Below, piece by piece: positions 1 through 13,000 of a stretch of 64,000 bases of DNA. Position 1 is the stretch's first letter; the number at the start of each line of letters is the position of its first letter. The notes under the pieces are model-generated. The model ran no database searches and was not told the origin of the DNA. It was given only the letters and a program-made list of their open reading frames with translations. The DNA is from Lytechinus pictus (lineage: Eukaryota), in the NCBI RefSeq assembly GCF_037042905.1, contig NC_087251.1, positions 43,526,001 to 43,590,000 on the forward strand. The letters are read 5' to 3'. Made by a program: the position numbers and the translations under genes.

Positions 1-176
1 TAACAACGCGCCTCGGAATAGTATATTTCTAGATAGATGGCGCTATATAAATGCATATTATTATCATCATTATTATTAAGGATGATTTTGATTTCAAATA
101 CTACAAAAATAACATTAATATACTGTAGGTTGAGATAGTGAATTGATTTTAAGTATGCAGACTTGGAAACTCTCTC

Positions 177-275
177 ACACACACACACACACACTTTTAC
201 ATCCGCTTCATAAATTCCACCCACATACACACCGACACACACACCCTCTCACTCCTGAACACACACACACACACG
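177..275. repeat. Imperfect (CA)n microsatellite region
   Basis: Several acacacac runs. Confidence 0.8.
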
Positions 276-1084
276 CTCATTAGCGTAAATAACTAATATC
301 TTATCTTAAACTAATGTACTTACATGTAGTCGCATTAAAGCTAAGAAACAGAGGTGGCATGTGAGAGTGAGGTGAATACATGTATATCTTTTTCAGATAT
401 CTCCAAGGAGAATGTGCATATATACTATTCCACTCGGTATTTATATGGCCATTGACCCTTCAAGTGGGGGGAAACAAAAGCGTGGTGTTTGTGGGAGGGG
501 GAGTGAATCTTTTCACTGCAACCTGAAGTTCTGCACAATAAGACAAAATAATGCAGAAGGTCCCATTTCTAAAGTCTTTGGTATGACACGGTTGGGGATC
601 GTATCCCGACCTCCCGTCCATGAGGCGGACCAATTGTACCAGAAACTGACAAATTTTGGGGCATTTCTAAATGACATCTTGCAAATAAAATTCATTACAA
701 AATTTACTTAAAGTTATGTTTATATGTTTTTTGCTCGCTTCCTACACTCGCTTGCGAACTTTTCAAGGCACTCATAAGTATCCAAACCATAGCCCCCTGA
801 TAAATTTGGCCTCTTCACGCGACAGGTACTAGAGAAAACAACAACAACAACAACCATGCTGTACTTCATCGAACTTTATCTGAAGTTTCGAAAGTTGAGT
901 GACATTTTAAACAAACTAACCCATAAATGTGGTTTATGAATTAGTTGCAATAAACAGTTGGACGGAAGTACAGGCGGTATGCAGTTCCATGTTCTATTTG
1001 GCTTCTGCGTTAACGTGCATGCAGCATTGGCAGGGATCGGCATTCAATATTCGCTCAAAAGACGAAGAGGTGACAAGAATAAAA

Positions 1085-4000
1085 ATGAAAGGAGATAATA
1101 AACTTTCTCGGTGGATTGCATTCATGGTGCTTGGATGTGTACTCTTCATGGTAGGATTTTTAATTGGATATCTTGGACATCCAAAGGATTTCTGTTCATT
1201 ATTTTCAGCGGTGGAAACTGATAAAATCAGTCGAATGATGATTGATGAATGCAAAGCTGAAAATATCGAACAAAATCTCAGGTAGGTCTGAAACACTGCA
1301 CGCTTAATAATAATAATTATAATAATATATGCATTTTTTTAGGCGCAATATCAATCTCGTAAGAGCTGCTCAAGGCGCACAAGTGTCGGGGGGCAAACAA
1401 AATTACAAGTAACCGAAAATGAGTTTAATACAAAAGAGCTAATCTGGTCCATAAAATCAGAGGCATAACTTTGTTTTTTCATATATACAATATTTTTTTA
1501 TGGTTTCTTGTCAATTCGAGGGTGCTGATTACGAATCTGAATGATGCCACTCGTGTAACCTTGAAAAATTACCTGCAAATTACCCATAAATCATAAAATT
1601 GCCAGCAAATTTGCTATAAAATGTATGTAATTGTGTTGCAGGAGTGAAATACTCTCTGAAAAAACAATTTTTTGACAAAATATTTATTTTTTGATATTCA
1701 AACTGGCCGCCACAGACCTCTGTATACCCTATTATGTACAATATGAATAGGGAAAATTAATTTTTCACAAAAATTATCACTAAGCTGCAAGTAATTGTGA
1801 TCTATGGACGAAGTAATAAATGAAAATCATCAATGCTAACATGATATATAAATTATTATGTCATATATGGGAAAATCGTTGTATTTAATATTCAAAATAG
1901 CTGCCACTGGCCCAAATAGTATTATTTTCTATGGCAAAGGGGCCAACAAAAATCGCAAAATTTAGCACTTAAATGCATATTATTAAGATAAACGAGTGGA
2001 ATACTGACTAAAAACACAATGGCTAACGAAATATATTATTTAATATGTCTTGTATGTGATAAATGCTGTATTTTGATATTCAAAATGGCCGCAAAAGGCC
2101 GTAACATAAATATGTACAATGAGAAAGAGGACCAAAGAAATCACAAGAGTGAGCACTGAAATGCATTCATTTGTGATGAATAAATGAGATACTGTCTAAT
2201 AAACATATTTTTTAACGAAATATATTATTCAGCTTTAAAGTTTGTGTTTAATATTGTATTTTGACTTTCAAAATGGCCGCCATAGACATTGATTGTATTA
2301 TGTACAATGCGAACTAGGAAATAAATTTTCACACGAGTGAGCACCATAAATGCGATCTATGAGTAAAATATTGTCTGAAAGCATAATTTCTAACAAGATA
2401 TATCAGTTCTTCTGCCAGGTAGGTGATAAATACTGTATTTTGAAAGTTAAAATGGCCGCCACAGGCCCCAACAGTATTATGTACAATGTGAATGGGGACA
2501 AATGATTTTAACAGATTTTGGCTTTGCTTGACTAAATGGTGTTGTAAGAGTGAAATATTGTCTGAAAACATGATTACTAACGAAATATATCATCTAAAAT
2601 TTAGGTGATAAAGGTTATATTTCAAAATTCAAAATGGCCGCCATATGCACTTTTGTGAAAATTATCTGTCCTCATTAAAATTGTGCATAATACAATATAA
2701 GGGCCCATGGCGCCCATTTCCCATTTCAGAATGCAGCATTTATCACCTTAAATGCACCAGATATTATATACCTCGTTAGGAACCATGGTTTTAGGCAATA
2801 TTTCACTCTTACATCACAATTATATGCAATACTTATAGTCAAGCAAAGCCAAATTCTGTCAAAATTATATGTCCCAAATTACAATGTACATAATACTTTT
2901 ATGACCTATGGCAGCCATTTTGAATTTCAAAGTACATCATTTATTACCTCCATGACCAATATGTGATTTATTTATTTAGAAATCATGTTTAAGACAATAT
3001 TTTTACTCATACATCACAGTTACATGCATTTTATGATTCTCACTCTTGTAAAAAGTAGATTCCCCATACGCATGTAACATCATTTAGTAAGGGCTTGTAT
3101 AAGCTATTTTGAATGTCAAATACAGTATTTATCACTTACATGGCAGAAGAAATGCTATATTTCATAAAAAAATCATGTTTGAAAATAATGTTTTATCATA
3201 CAACAGGATTTTATGGATTTCATAGTCAAGTAAATCTAAATTCTTACAAAATGACATGTCCCCATTTACATTGTAGATAATACTGTTATGCCCTATAGGG
3301 GCCATTTTGAATTTCACAATACAGCATTTATCTCATGCATGACAAAATAAATGATATGTTTCGCTAGAAAACATGTTTTCAGACATTATTTTACTCGGTG
3401 ATTACAATTACATGCATTTTATAGTTCTTACTCTTGTGAAAATTAATTTCTCCAATCGCATTGTACATAATGTATAATGGGCCTATGGCGGCCATTTTCA
3501 ATGTCAAAATACAGCATTTATCAAATAAATTGCATTTATATTTCATTACAAATTATGTTTTTAGCCAGAATTCCACTCGCTTATCTTAATACTAGTAATA
3601 TGCATTTTAGTACTCATTCTTGTGATTTTCTTTTGTCCCCATTAACATTGTACATAATAATATAACAGGGCATTTGGTGGCTTTTTGAATATTAAAATGC
3701 TAAATTGTTTACATACATGACATAACAAATGATACATTTCGTTAGCAATCATGTTTTCATCCATTATTTCGCTAAAATCACAATTACTTGCATCAAGTGC
3801 TCACTTTTGTGAAATTTAGTTGTCCCCATTCATATTGTACATAATATAGAATACAGGGATCTATGGCGGCCATTTTGAATGTCTAGAAAATATTTTTTTG
3901 TCAAAAATCGTTTTTTCAGAGAGTATTTCACTCCTGCAACACAAATACATACATTTTATAACCAATGTGCGGGCAATTATATGATTTTCATGGGTAATTC

Positions 4001-7000
4001 GCATATTTTGGCGGCCATATCGGATTTTGCCAATTTGTGGAAAATGCTCAAGGTTACACGAGTGGCATCATTCAGATTCGTAATCAGCACCCACGAATTG
4101 ACAAGAAACCATCAAAAAATATTGTATATATGAAAAAACAAGGTTTGGTCAATTTTCTATGGGGCCTATCCTGGACTAACACTCCTCTAAGAGTGAGACG
4201 AGTGGACAGTCAGTTTGGAGTTGGGTTTACATCTTTTAAAAGTTAATTATAGCTCCTTCTGGAGTGAACAGTGTATATTTTTAGACATTTTCACTCCTAA
4301 AAGAGGGTAAATCCACTCGGAAATCGACTCTCAAAAGATGTAAATCCCACTCAAAAAAGTCTGGTCCCTCGTCTCACTATTAGAAGAGTGTGATTAGCGA
4401 AACTCTATTGCATTTAAGGTATCACAGGCCTAAAACATTTCCCATAGACTCGCGTGTTAAAATGGCACTCTTAAAAAAATCATAAAAAATAAGGAGAAAT
4501 TCGGGGATCGAATGTTTACTACCAGTGGATAGGATATATATCTGACAATTCATATCTGACCAGAAAAGGGTCCCTCGACCAGCTCATTTTAAGAATAGAT
4601 CGGCATTTATAAAAGAATCTTCTAATTCATCAAATTCATCACCTGAAACAGTAAAATAGCCCTTATCCTTCCGCCAGTCAAAATAAAGTTCCAAAGTTGG
4701 TGATATTTCTTCCCAATTTGGGAAAAGGAAGTTCAGTAATTGCCAAAAACAGAATCAATGTTAGATGGATAGTCATATTCATACACTTTGTCAATCAGCC
4801 ATATAAAAATAAAAATAAACTTGAGGGTTGGTTCGAATGAATATCTGTTACCTTCCCGATGTTAATATGCTCGTGCAAGCTTGATGTGTATTTCATATTT
4901 ATTACATAAACATAGGCATATCAGGAGGACAAAGAAAATAATGTTGCTTCTTTCCATATGTCCCTTTTCTATGGATGCGTATACATGTGCATGTATATAG
5001 CTCAATGGTCACTCTTGCATAATAATCCAGAAATCATTTCCGACCGGAATGTAACCTCAATTACTAAATGATTTCCATGTCAATTCGAAACGGATTTACC
5101 GCCCTTTCACACAGTAAAAACAAAAATCCGTCATTTGAATGATGATTCTAGTGAAAAAAATGCTAATGACGATTTTTTAGCATGTGTGAAACCAAACTAG
5201 AATCACGAACGCTAATCACAATCACGAATTCAAATTCTACTCCGGAGGTGAATTCCAGTTAAGTTTCACCTAAATTACGGTACGAATTCTTCGTGTGAAA
5301 GGTCCGATGATTCTAAAGACGAATTGCAATCATCATTTCAATGATGATTCAAGATTCACATGTGAAAAGGCCCGAAGTCATATTGACTTATTTGTTTGTA
5401 CTCGTGTCTATTGTGAACATCTACAGCATGTTCTCGTGAGATGTCTGGCTCAGGGGCGGCGCCACTCGGGGTGGGGATGGGAAGACGTCTTGAAATGTAA
5501 TAAGTTTTTTTTCTCAGTGGAATTATAGGGGGATTATAGATTTATATGACCGATACATCCCTCTTTTTATAGTCTTCCTTCTTCTTGCTTCCTATTTTCT
5601 TCACCACATTCCCCTCATTTCGCGTCTGTTCCCCCTTTTCAATCCTTAAAAATCATAGCGGTGCCCCCTTGTGGTTACTTGCTCGTAGGCGACATGACAA
5701 TGGGTTGTATCCATTCATTGTGAACTTTCTATTTTCTCGCTCGTAAGTATGTATCGTGAGTGATTATGGGGCTTTTCACACGTGAATCTTGAATCATTAA
5801 TGTATTGATGATTGCAATTCGTCTTTAGAATCATCGAACATTTCACACGCTAACTCGAAAACTGTGATTTTATCGAATTATCGTGCAAAGGCGGTATGTG
5901 TCCTTGGTGACTTGCCAATCAAAGCACTGCATCGATACGATGGGTGCATGACAATTGTATTATCTACGAAAGTGCTTGAAAGGACACGTAAGCTCCGCCC
6001 AACCCCCCCCCCCCCCCGAAAAAAGAAGAAAATGTTTTGGAGGTCAAGCCTTTCACACGTAAAATCCGTGCCGTAATTTGAGTGAAACTTAAGCGGAATT
6101 TACCACCGGAGCAGAATTTGAATTCTTGATTGTGATTAGCGTTCGTGATTCTAGTTTGGTTTCACACGTGCTAAAACTTCGTCAATAGCCTTATTTTTTA
6201 CTGGAATCATCATTATTGCGATTTTTTACCGTGTGAAAGGGCAATATATCTAGCTCGTGTTTATATTATGAGTGAATTGATATTTCATAAAGCTGTCCAG
6301 GAGTTACGAGCGACTTTACAAATGACTTCATTTCGGGCCTTTTCACACGTGAATTTTGAATCATCATTGTAATGATGATTGCTATTGTAATCGTGACTGT
6401 GAATAGCGTTCGTGATTCTAATCATGTTCTAGTTTGGTTTCACACGTGCTAAATATTCGTCATTAGCGATTTTTTTTTACCGTGTGAAAGGGCGGTTCAA
6501 CTGGTTACCATTTCTTAGAAGCGAAATTAATACCAATGGAACGGGCAGAAAAGGAGTATAGGCATTCAATTGATACAATTAAGATATATAATGATTAATA
6601 ATCATATTATATTTTAATTGATAAAGAGAATTAAGCAGCCGACCTCATTTGGCTGGAACGCCAGCAGAGAAGGAGAATGCCGAAATGCTTGTAAATCTAT
6701 GGACCGAGTACGGATTCGATTCGGTTCGGTTACTATCCTACGATGTGCTCTTGGCTTATCCGGATCCAGACAATCCGAATAAGGTACGGACTATTTTACC
6801 CCATAATAACATCAAACATTTCAGTTAGTTGTATTTGTTTTCTTTTACAGTTAATTTGTTACTATAACCAGCACAAATAACATCATAATTATATAATGTA
6901 TATAGGCCGATATAAAAAAAAACTGTTTTGAAACAAATATATGATGGATAGATATAAATGATAACGGATTGGTACAACTACCATATTTTTTATCGTACCA

Positions 7001-10000
7001 TGGACCTATAATAGGTCCATGATCGTACCAAAGCAGTATTCAATTTTGTGTGTTTCAATATAATAACTGAAAATTATAGAATACCGAACCAAGAAGAAAA
7101 CTAATACCAGCAATTGGTCATAAAATACAAACAATAAATACAATCGATAATATTTAATTTAGTTGGTTCAAATTTACATATTGATAAAGATACTCTCATT
7201 CGAAACATTAAAAAGTAATGTATATGTTATTTCAAAGTACAACTGTTTGGATAGATATAAATATTGTAGCGACATGTTATAGAGCGACGTCTCCATTTAT
7301 CAGTGTTTCAGATTTCTTGAAATCTTAGGATAATAAATATGTTTCATGTACATGATAAGAAGTTCAAAGGACAACAATTTTGATAAATTATGAAAGTTAC
7401 TTTACACCATGGACGTACTGTCGAGAAAATACGATCATTTTTATCTTCTTATATACATTTACAGACTGAACGATAAATTCCTTTTATGTTGGAGAAGATG
7501 AGACCTCTTTTACGTGTATCTTCTTGAGTGCATAAAGTCAACGACAGTGTACTTTGTTGTTGGAAATCGGTCATTGGTATAATTATTATATTTATCATTA
7601 TCATTATTATTGTAATATGCAAGCATGCCATAAGGGCGTTTATTACAAAACACGTAACCGACACGATAAAAAAAGACAGATCAGACATATAGAGCTTCTA
7701 GCTTCATGGATCAGTTATTATGTATCGTGCAACCCGGTTACACTTCGTAATTCCGAAGGTTCTTTATTCCGAAGGTTCGTAATTCCGAAACACGTAAATT
7801 GCCTATACCTCGATGTTCGTTAATCCGAAAACGTAAAAGGGTTCGTTAATCCGAACATTTGTGGCGTTATTCCGAAGGTTTGATAATCCGAAAACGAAAT
7901 AAGGTTCGATATTCCGAAGGTTCGTTAGTCCGAAAACGAAATAAGGTTCGTTGTTCCGAAGGTTCGTTAGTCCGAAAACGAAATAAGGTTCGTTAATCAT
8001 TACGTTTTCGGACTAACGAACCTTCGGAATTACGAACCTCATTTCGTTTTCGGATTAACGAACCTTAGGAATTGCGAACCTTACTTTGTTTTCGGAAATA
8101 CGAACCTTCGGAATAACGAACCTTCGGAATATCCGAACCTTCGGAATAACGAAGCTTCGGAATTACGAATGTATGCGGTTTGGGAAAGGTAGATTCCATT
8201 ATCTAGGCCCAAACAGGACCACGTTGCCATGAGTAAAGTTCCAGCAACTTTCCTGTGTATGTATATATGCATGGGCGGAAATCCCAGGGGGGACAGGGGG
8301 GACGTGTCCCCCCTACCAAAAATAGTAGGGGGACACAATATCAAATGTCCCCCCTACTATTTTTGGTCTTTTATGATGGAGAAAAATGCATCATTCACAT
8401 TCGAGATAATACATGTATTTTGGACTAAATGACCTTACCTTTTGGGTGTCAGGTGATTTTTCAATATGGAGCTTAAATATCAAGTTTGGAAGTCAATATA
8501 CATTACACATTTCACCTCGAAAATCGAACTTTCATTATTTTGTGTGATTTACAAACTGATTTTTTAAAAGTGCTCTGTAAAAGTAACAGCTTCATGATCT
8601 GAATATTGACATTTTCTGCTCGCACTGAGGGCTCGCAATTTTCGATTTATTAAGTACCTATTATTTTTGTGTATTCCATTTAGTTTGAAAAAAATCAAGT
8701 CTGATTGTCAAAACGTATCAGATAGCGCTGGCTACTCTTTCGCATTTTAATTGGCGATTTATGTATGTCTCAATATTGATTTTCATGACAGTTTATCAAA
8801 TATTTTGGCTCGCGATTTGTGCTCCCATTAATGGTTAAAAATATTTTGACTGATGCATTCTATTCATAATTACAAAATTGCTTGAAATGTCCAGTTTTCA
8901 GGCCATAATATAATCAGATTTCTCGCCCTCATTAGGCATTAATAAATAAGATATTAATAATTTAACGATTAAATTGTCCCTTTTGTTTCATCTCGCGCTT
9001 AGCAAGAGGAATAGGAAGATAGTCATCATTTTCATATGATATGCCCCAAGGATGTCCCGGTCCTATGTCAAAACTCAAATAACAATGAAAAATATCAGCT
9101 CTATATTAAGTGCGATCCATATCCACCTCACAAGTTTCCTACAAATTGCTTGAAATATATAGCTGAAATCGACTCTTTTTCAGATTTTCCATGATAAAAG
9201 AGGTGTAGAATGCCTAGATTCTAGGTCTAAATCTGAAACACGCGCATGTTTATTCAGATATTCAACTTGTTCTCTATTTAAATCATTATCCTGTTTCAGA
9301 TCACAATATCAAAAATTTTCAGCTCGTGCTTTGTGCTCGCATTATTAATGTAGGAAGATCCCCTATTACTCATCCTTTTCATGATTTACAAAACATGAAT
9401 AGAGTGTCCCGTTTTTAGGTCTAAATCTCGAATTTTTCTGCTCGCGTTTCGCTTGCATCAATTGGTTAGTTATATAGCTACCCTGTTCACGATTACGAAA
9501 ATTGATTAAAATTTTCGATTCTTTTTGTAGAAATGTCAACAATTTTCAGCTCGCGAATCGCGCTAGCATTATTTGATTGTTGAAATATGTAACGTCTTCA
9601 TGGCTAAGTGCAAGCAGTCCTTAACAAGTACCTTTTCGATCAGTTCAAATTAAAAAAAAAAACATTTAATGGCTGCACTTTGCACTCGCATTATTAATGT
9701 AAGGACCGGGTGTAAGGAAGGCCCCCAATTACTCATCCTTTTCATGATTTACTAAACATGAATAGAGTGTCTCGTTCTTAGGTCTAAATCTCAAAATTTT
9801 TCGCTCGCGCTTCGCATCAATTGTTTAGTTGTATACCTTTTATATGTTTCAATTACAAAAAGTGCTAAGAATTTCCATTCTTTAGGCTAAAATAAAAATA
9901 AAAAATTAAGCTCGCGCTTCGCGCTCGCATTATTTGGTTGTTGAAATTATTCATGTATTCATGGCTAACCTTTTCCATCAGTTAACATCTGCTCGCACTT

Positions 10001-13000
10001 CGCTTTCGAAGTGATTATTTAGTTGCATATACATCTTTTTCAGGATAACAAACATTGCCCAGAATGTTCAAATTTTAGGAAAAAATACATAAAATTCCCC
10101 CCCCCAAAAAAAAAAAAAAAAAAATTGCTCGCGCTTCGCGCTCGCATTATGATATCATATATTAATGTTGAATTATAAGAATAAAGCTAAAAAGTGGCCA
10201 TGAGGACTGCTCCTTCAATGAAACAAACAAAAATCATCTTCGAGCGGCCGATCGGGGATTAACATATGGCTGGAAAAAAAAATTGCCCCCCCCCCCCCAT
10301 TGGCGAAGGCTGGATCCGCCCCTGTTGTCCCCCCTACCTTTCGGGACAGATTTCCACCCATGTATATATGTACGTATGTATGTCTGTATGTATGTATGTG
10401 CCTTGAGCAAGAAACAAGATAGATGATTATGTGCGCTATACAAGCACCCTACATATACGCTCCATAGAAGAATTGAATTGAATTGACATGAAAGACGTCC
10501 TCGGATGAAATAATAAAGATCTATTCAATGCATACAGGTGATGATAACGGACAATGGAGAGGTTAACTTTACGACAGCTTTACATGAAGAGATCTTAAGA
10601 CCAGAAGATGACCACCCGGACGTTGTTCCACCATTCAATGCTTATTCTGCGCAAGGAGAGCCTGAGGTAAGAATAATTGTGTACCAAATTGGTGTCCTTG
10701 TGGGACACTCTCAACTTTCACTACAGGATTTTTAAGTTCCCGACCTTTTAGTGGCGTTCATGACATCTTTACGGGTCGTGTGGTCCAGTTGTTAGGGCAT
10801 TGGACTCATAATCGCAAGGTTGTGAGTTCGAATCCCTACTCTGCCATTGTCTCCACTTTGATAAAAAGGCCCGAGAGTAATATCTGCCGTCTATAAGGCC
10901 AGCCGCTATGACTGATTAACCTAGACGTTAAATGTTTCCTAGGTGATCGGTTTTATACCAGCTTGGCTTTTACTAGCAAAAAATGCTGCCCTGCGGAGTT
11001 CCTAAGGGAGTTACCATAAACAGAAATATTCTCTATTCGGACAGAGCCCTGTATTACTTTGCATGATTATGGAAGGAGCGGTGATATATAATGTTGATGG
11101 GCGGGAGTGTTTAAACTGCCCTAAAAGTGACGTCATTTTCCCCTTAATTGAAAAATAGGGGTTTACCACAAGAAAGGATTACCAGTCGTTCTTAAAGTCG
11201 CTCTTAACTTACGAACTGCTTTATGAAGCAGCCCCAAGTATCCTTTTTTAATTACTATCTTTCTACATTCTTTTTTGAATATATATTTTTATCATTTTCT
11301 TGAAAAAAAATCATTTGGGGTTGCCGTCCTAATCCTATAGCAGCATTCCTACAGGATATAATGATAACGGAACTCTCGCGAATAGTCAGACATAGTTACT
11401 TAGCATATTTATAAGAAAAAGAAACTGCTGGAATTTGACTAAAATGCATACCTTGAAAATAGGTTACATTAGTGATTTTTATTACTTTGACAATAGTTAT
11501 ACTATGATAATTGGCAGGTTAAATTCGGACGAATGTTTATTCTAAGATGGAATTCATGTGTAAATGTTCTCTATGTTGCAGCAAAAATTAATAGCAGTTT
11601 AAATATACCCCCCCTCCCAGGAAAAAAAATATATATAAACAAAAATCATAATTATAGTAATAAAAGCTCACATATCGATTCGTAATATAAGACAATAAGG
11701 AGCTTGAAAGTGCTATCCACTTGAGGCTTTGTTTCTTTGTTTTATTCCATTCCAGGGTCCTTTGGTTTATGTCAACTATGGTCGTGCAGAAGACTTTGAA
11801 TGGCTGGCAAAGAATAAACCTGAAATCAACATTACTGGATGCATAGTTATTGCAAGATATGGAAGAGCGTTTCGAGGAAATAAGGTGAGGCTGATGATCT
11901 ATTCCACCCAAGGCCATACGATTATATTTTTCCCTATACAGTTGGGAGCAAAGGGGGGGGGGTGGGCAAGAATATGAAGCATTATTTAAAACATAAATAA
12001 GAAAGGGAGCGAAGTAAATTGAGCTCCTTATATTTTCACAAATTTGATGAAACTGTAAGATTTGGTGCAGATTTAGCTTGCACTTATGTGAAACTTGTAG
12101 ATAAAAAAGTACGTTTTCAAAATTTATGGGGGAAATAGTTACAATAGTCATAATGGTATGAAATAATGATGATAATTATGATAATGATAGAAGTAATATT
12201 CAATGATGATAGTATTTACAATTGCCATAATAGCAGTTATAACAGTCACTCTAACAATAATTATTTTGATAATAACGATAATAATAATGCCGTTAATAAT
12301 CATTGAAAATGATAGAGATAAAATCACAACAATGATAGTAATGATGTTAGTGAAACAAAATTATTATCACTTTCATATAGTAAGAATGCAGTATTACAGT
12401 TTTAAGTTTCACATGCCTTATCACAAAGACCGGCAAATAAACGTTTGGTGTTTTTTTTTACTTTAAGATGCACAACTTAGTTCAATGTAAGCTACGAATA
12501 TTCCTACATAATCATCCCATTATTACTACTTATTAAGTTACTAACTTCAACAAAATTGTCACAGTAAGTTATAACCGAGACAATTAATGTTAAGTGCCCT
12601 ACCATTGATAAACTTACAGGTGCTAGCCGCAGAAGCAGCGGGTGCTATTGGGGTAATTCTATATTCGGATCCTGCCGACTACGCCATTGATGAAGATGTA
12701 GCCGTCTATCCGGACGGATGGTGGTTACCCGATACCGGCGCTCAACGGGGAAATACTTTCGTCAGTGATGCTAAAGGGGATCCCGTCACTCCCGGTTATC
12801 CGGCTAAACGTAATTTTTGCTCCTGCTTAGTAAAGAGAGGGAAAGACAGACAGAAAGAGGGTGGGAGAGGGAGGGAGAGAGGGAGAGAGCACGCGTGTAC
12901 GTGTGATGCATATGGGTGTGGGTCGGTGTGCGGGATAGAGCAAGTGTGTGGGCTAGAACGATCTGAACATGAAGAAAATCAGAACAAAATCACACAAGTT

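Noticed and set aside
929..1084. N-terminal extension of gene 1 in the ORF track
   Set aside because: It starts at GTG. The ATG at 1085 gives a short tail plus TM helix matching genes 2 and 3. In-frame upstream ATGs cannot be fully excluded without transcript data.
7735..8179. Regularly spaced short repeats resembling a CRISPR array
   Set aside because: There are no unique spacers, the repeats invert at the midpoint, there are no cas genes, and the context is a eukaryotic intron. This is a MITE.
10773..10845. tRNA-Met-like gene (also tRNA-like heads near 15000, 20050, 22300, 55440 and 57250)
   Set aside because: The acceptor and anticodon stems do not pair properly, and most of these heads continue into a shared SINE body.
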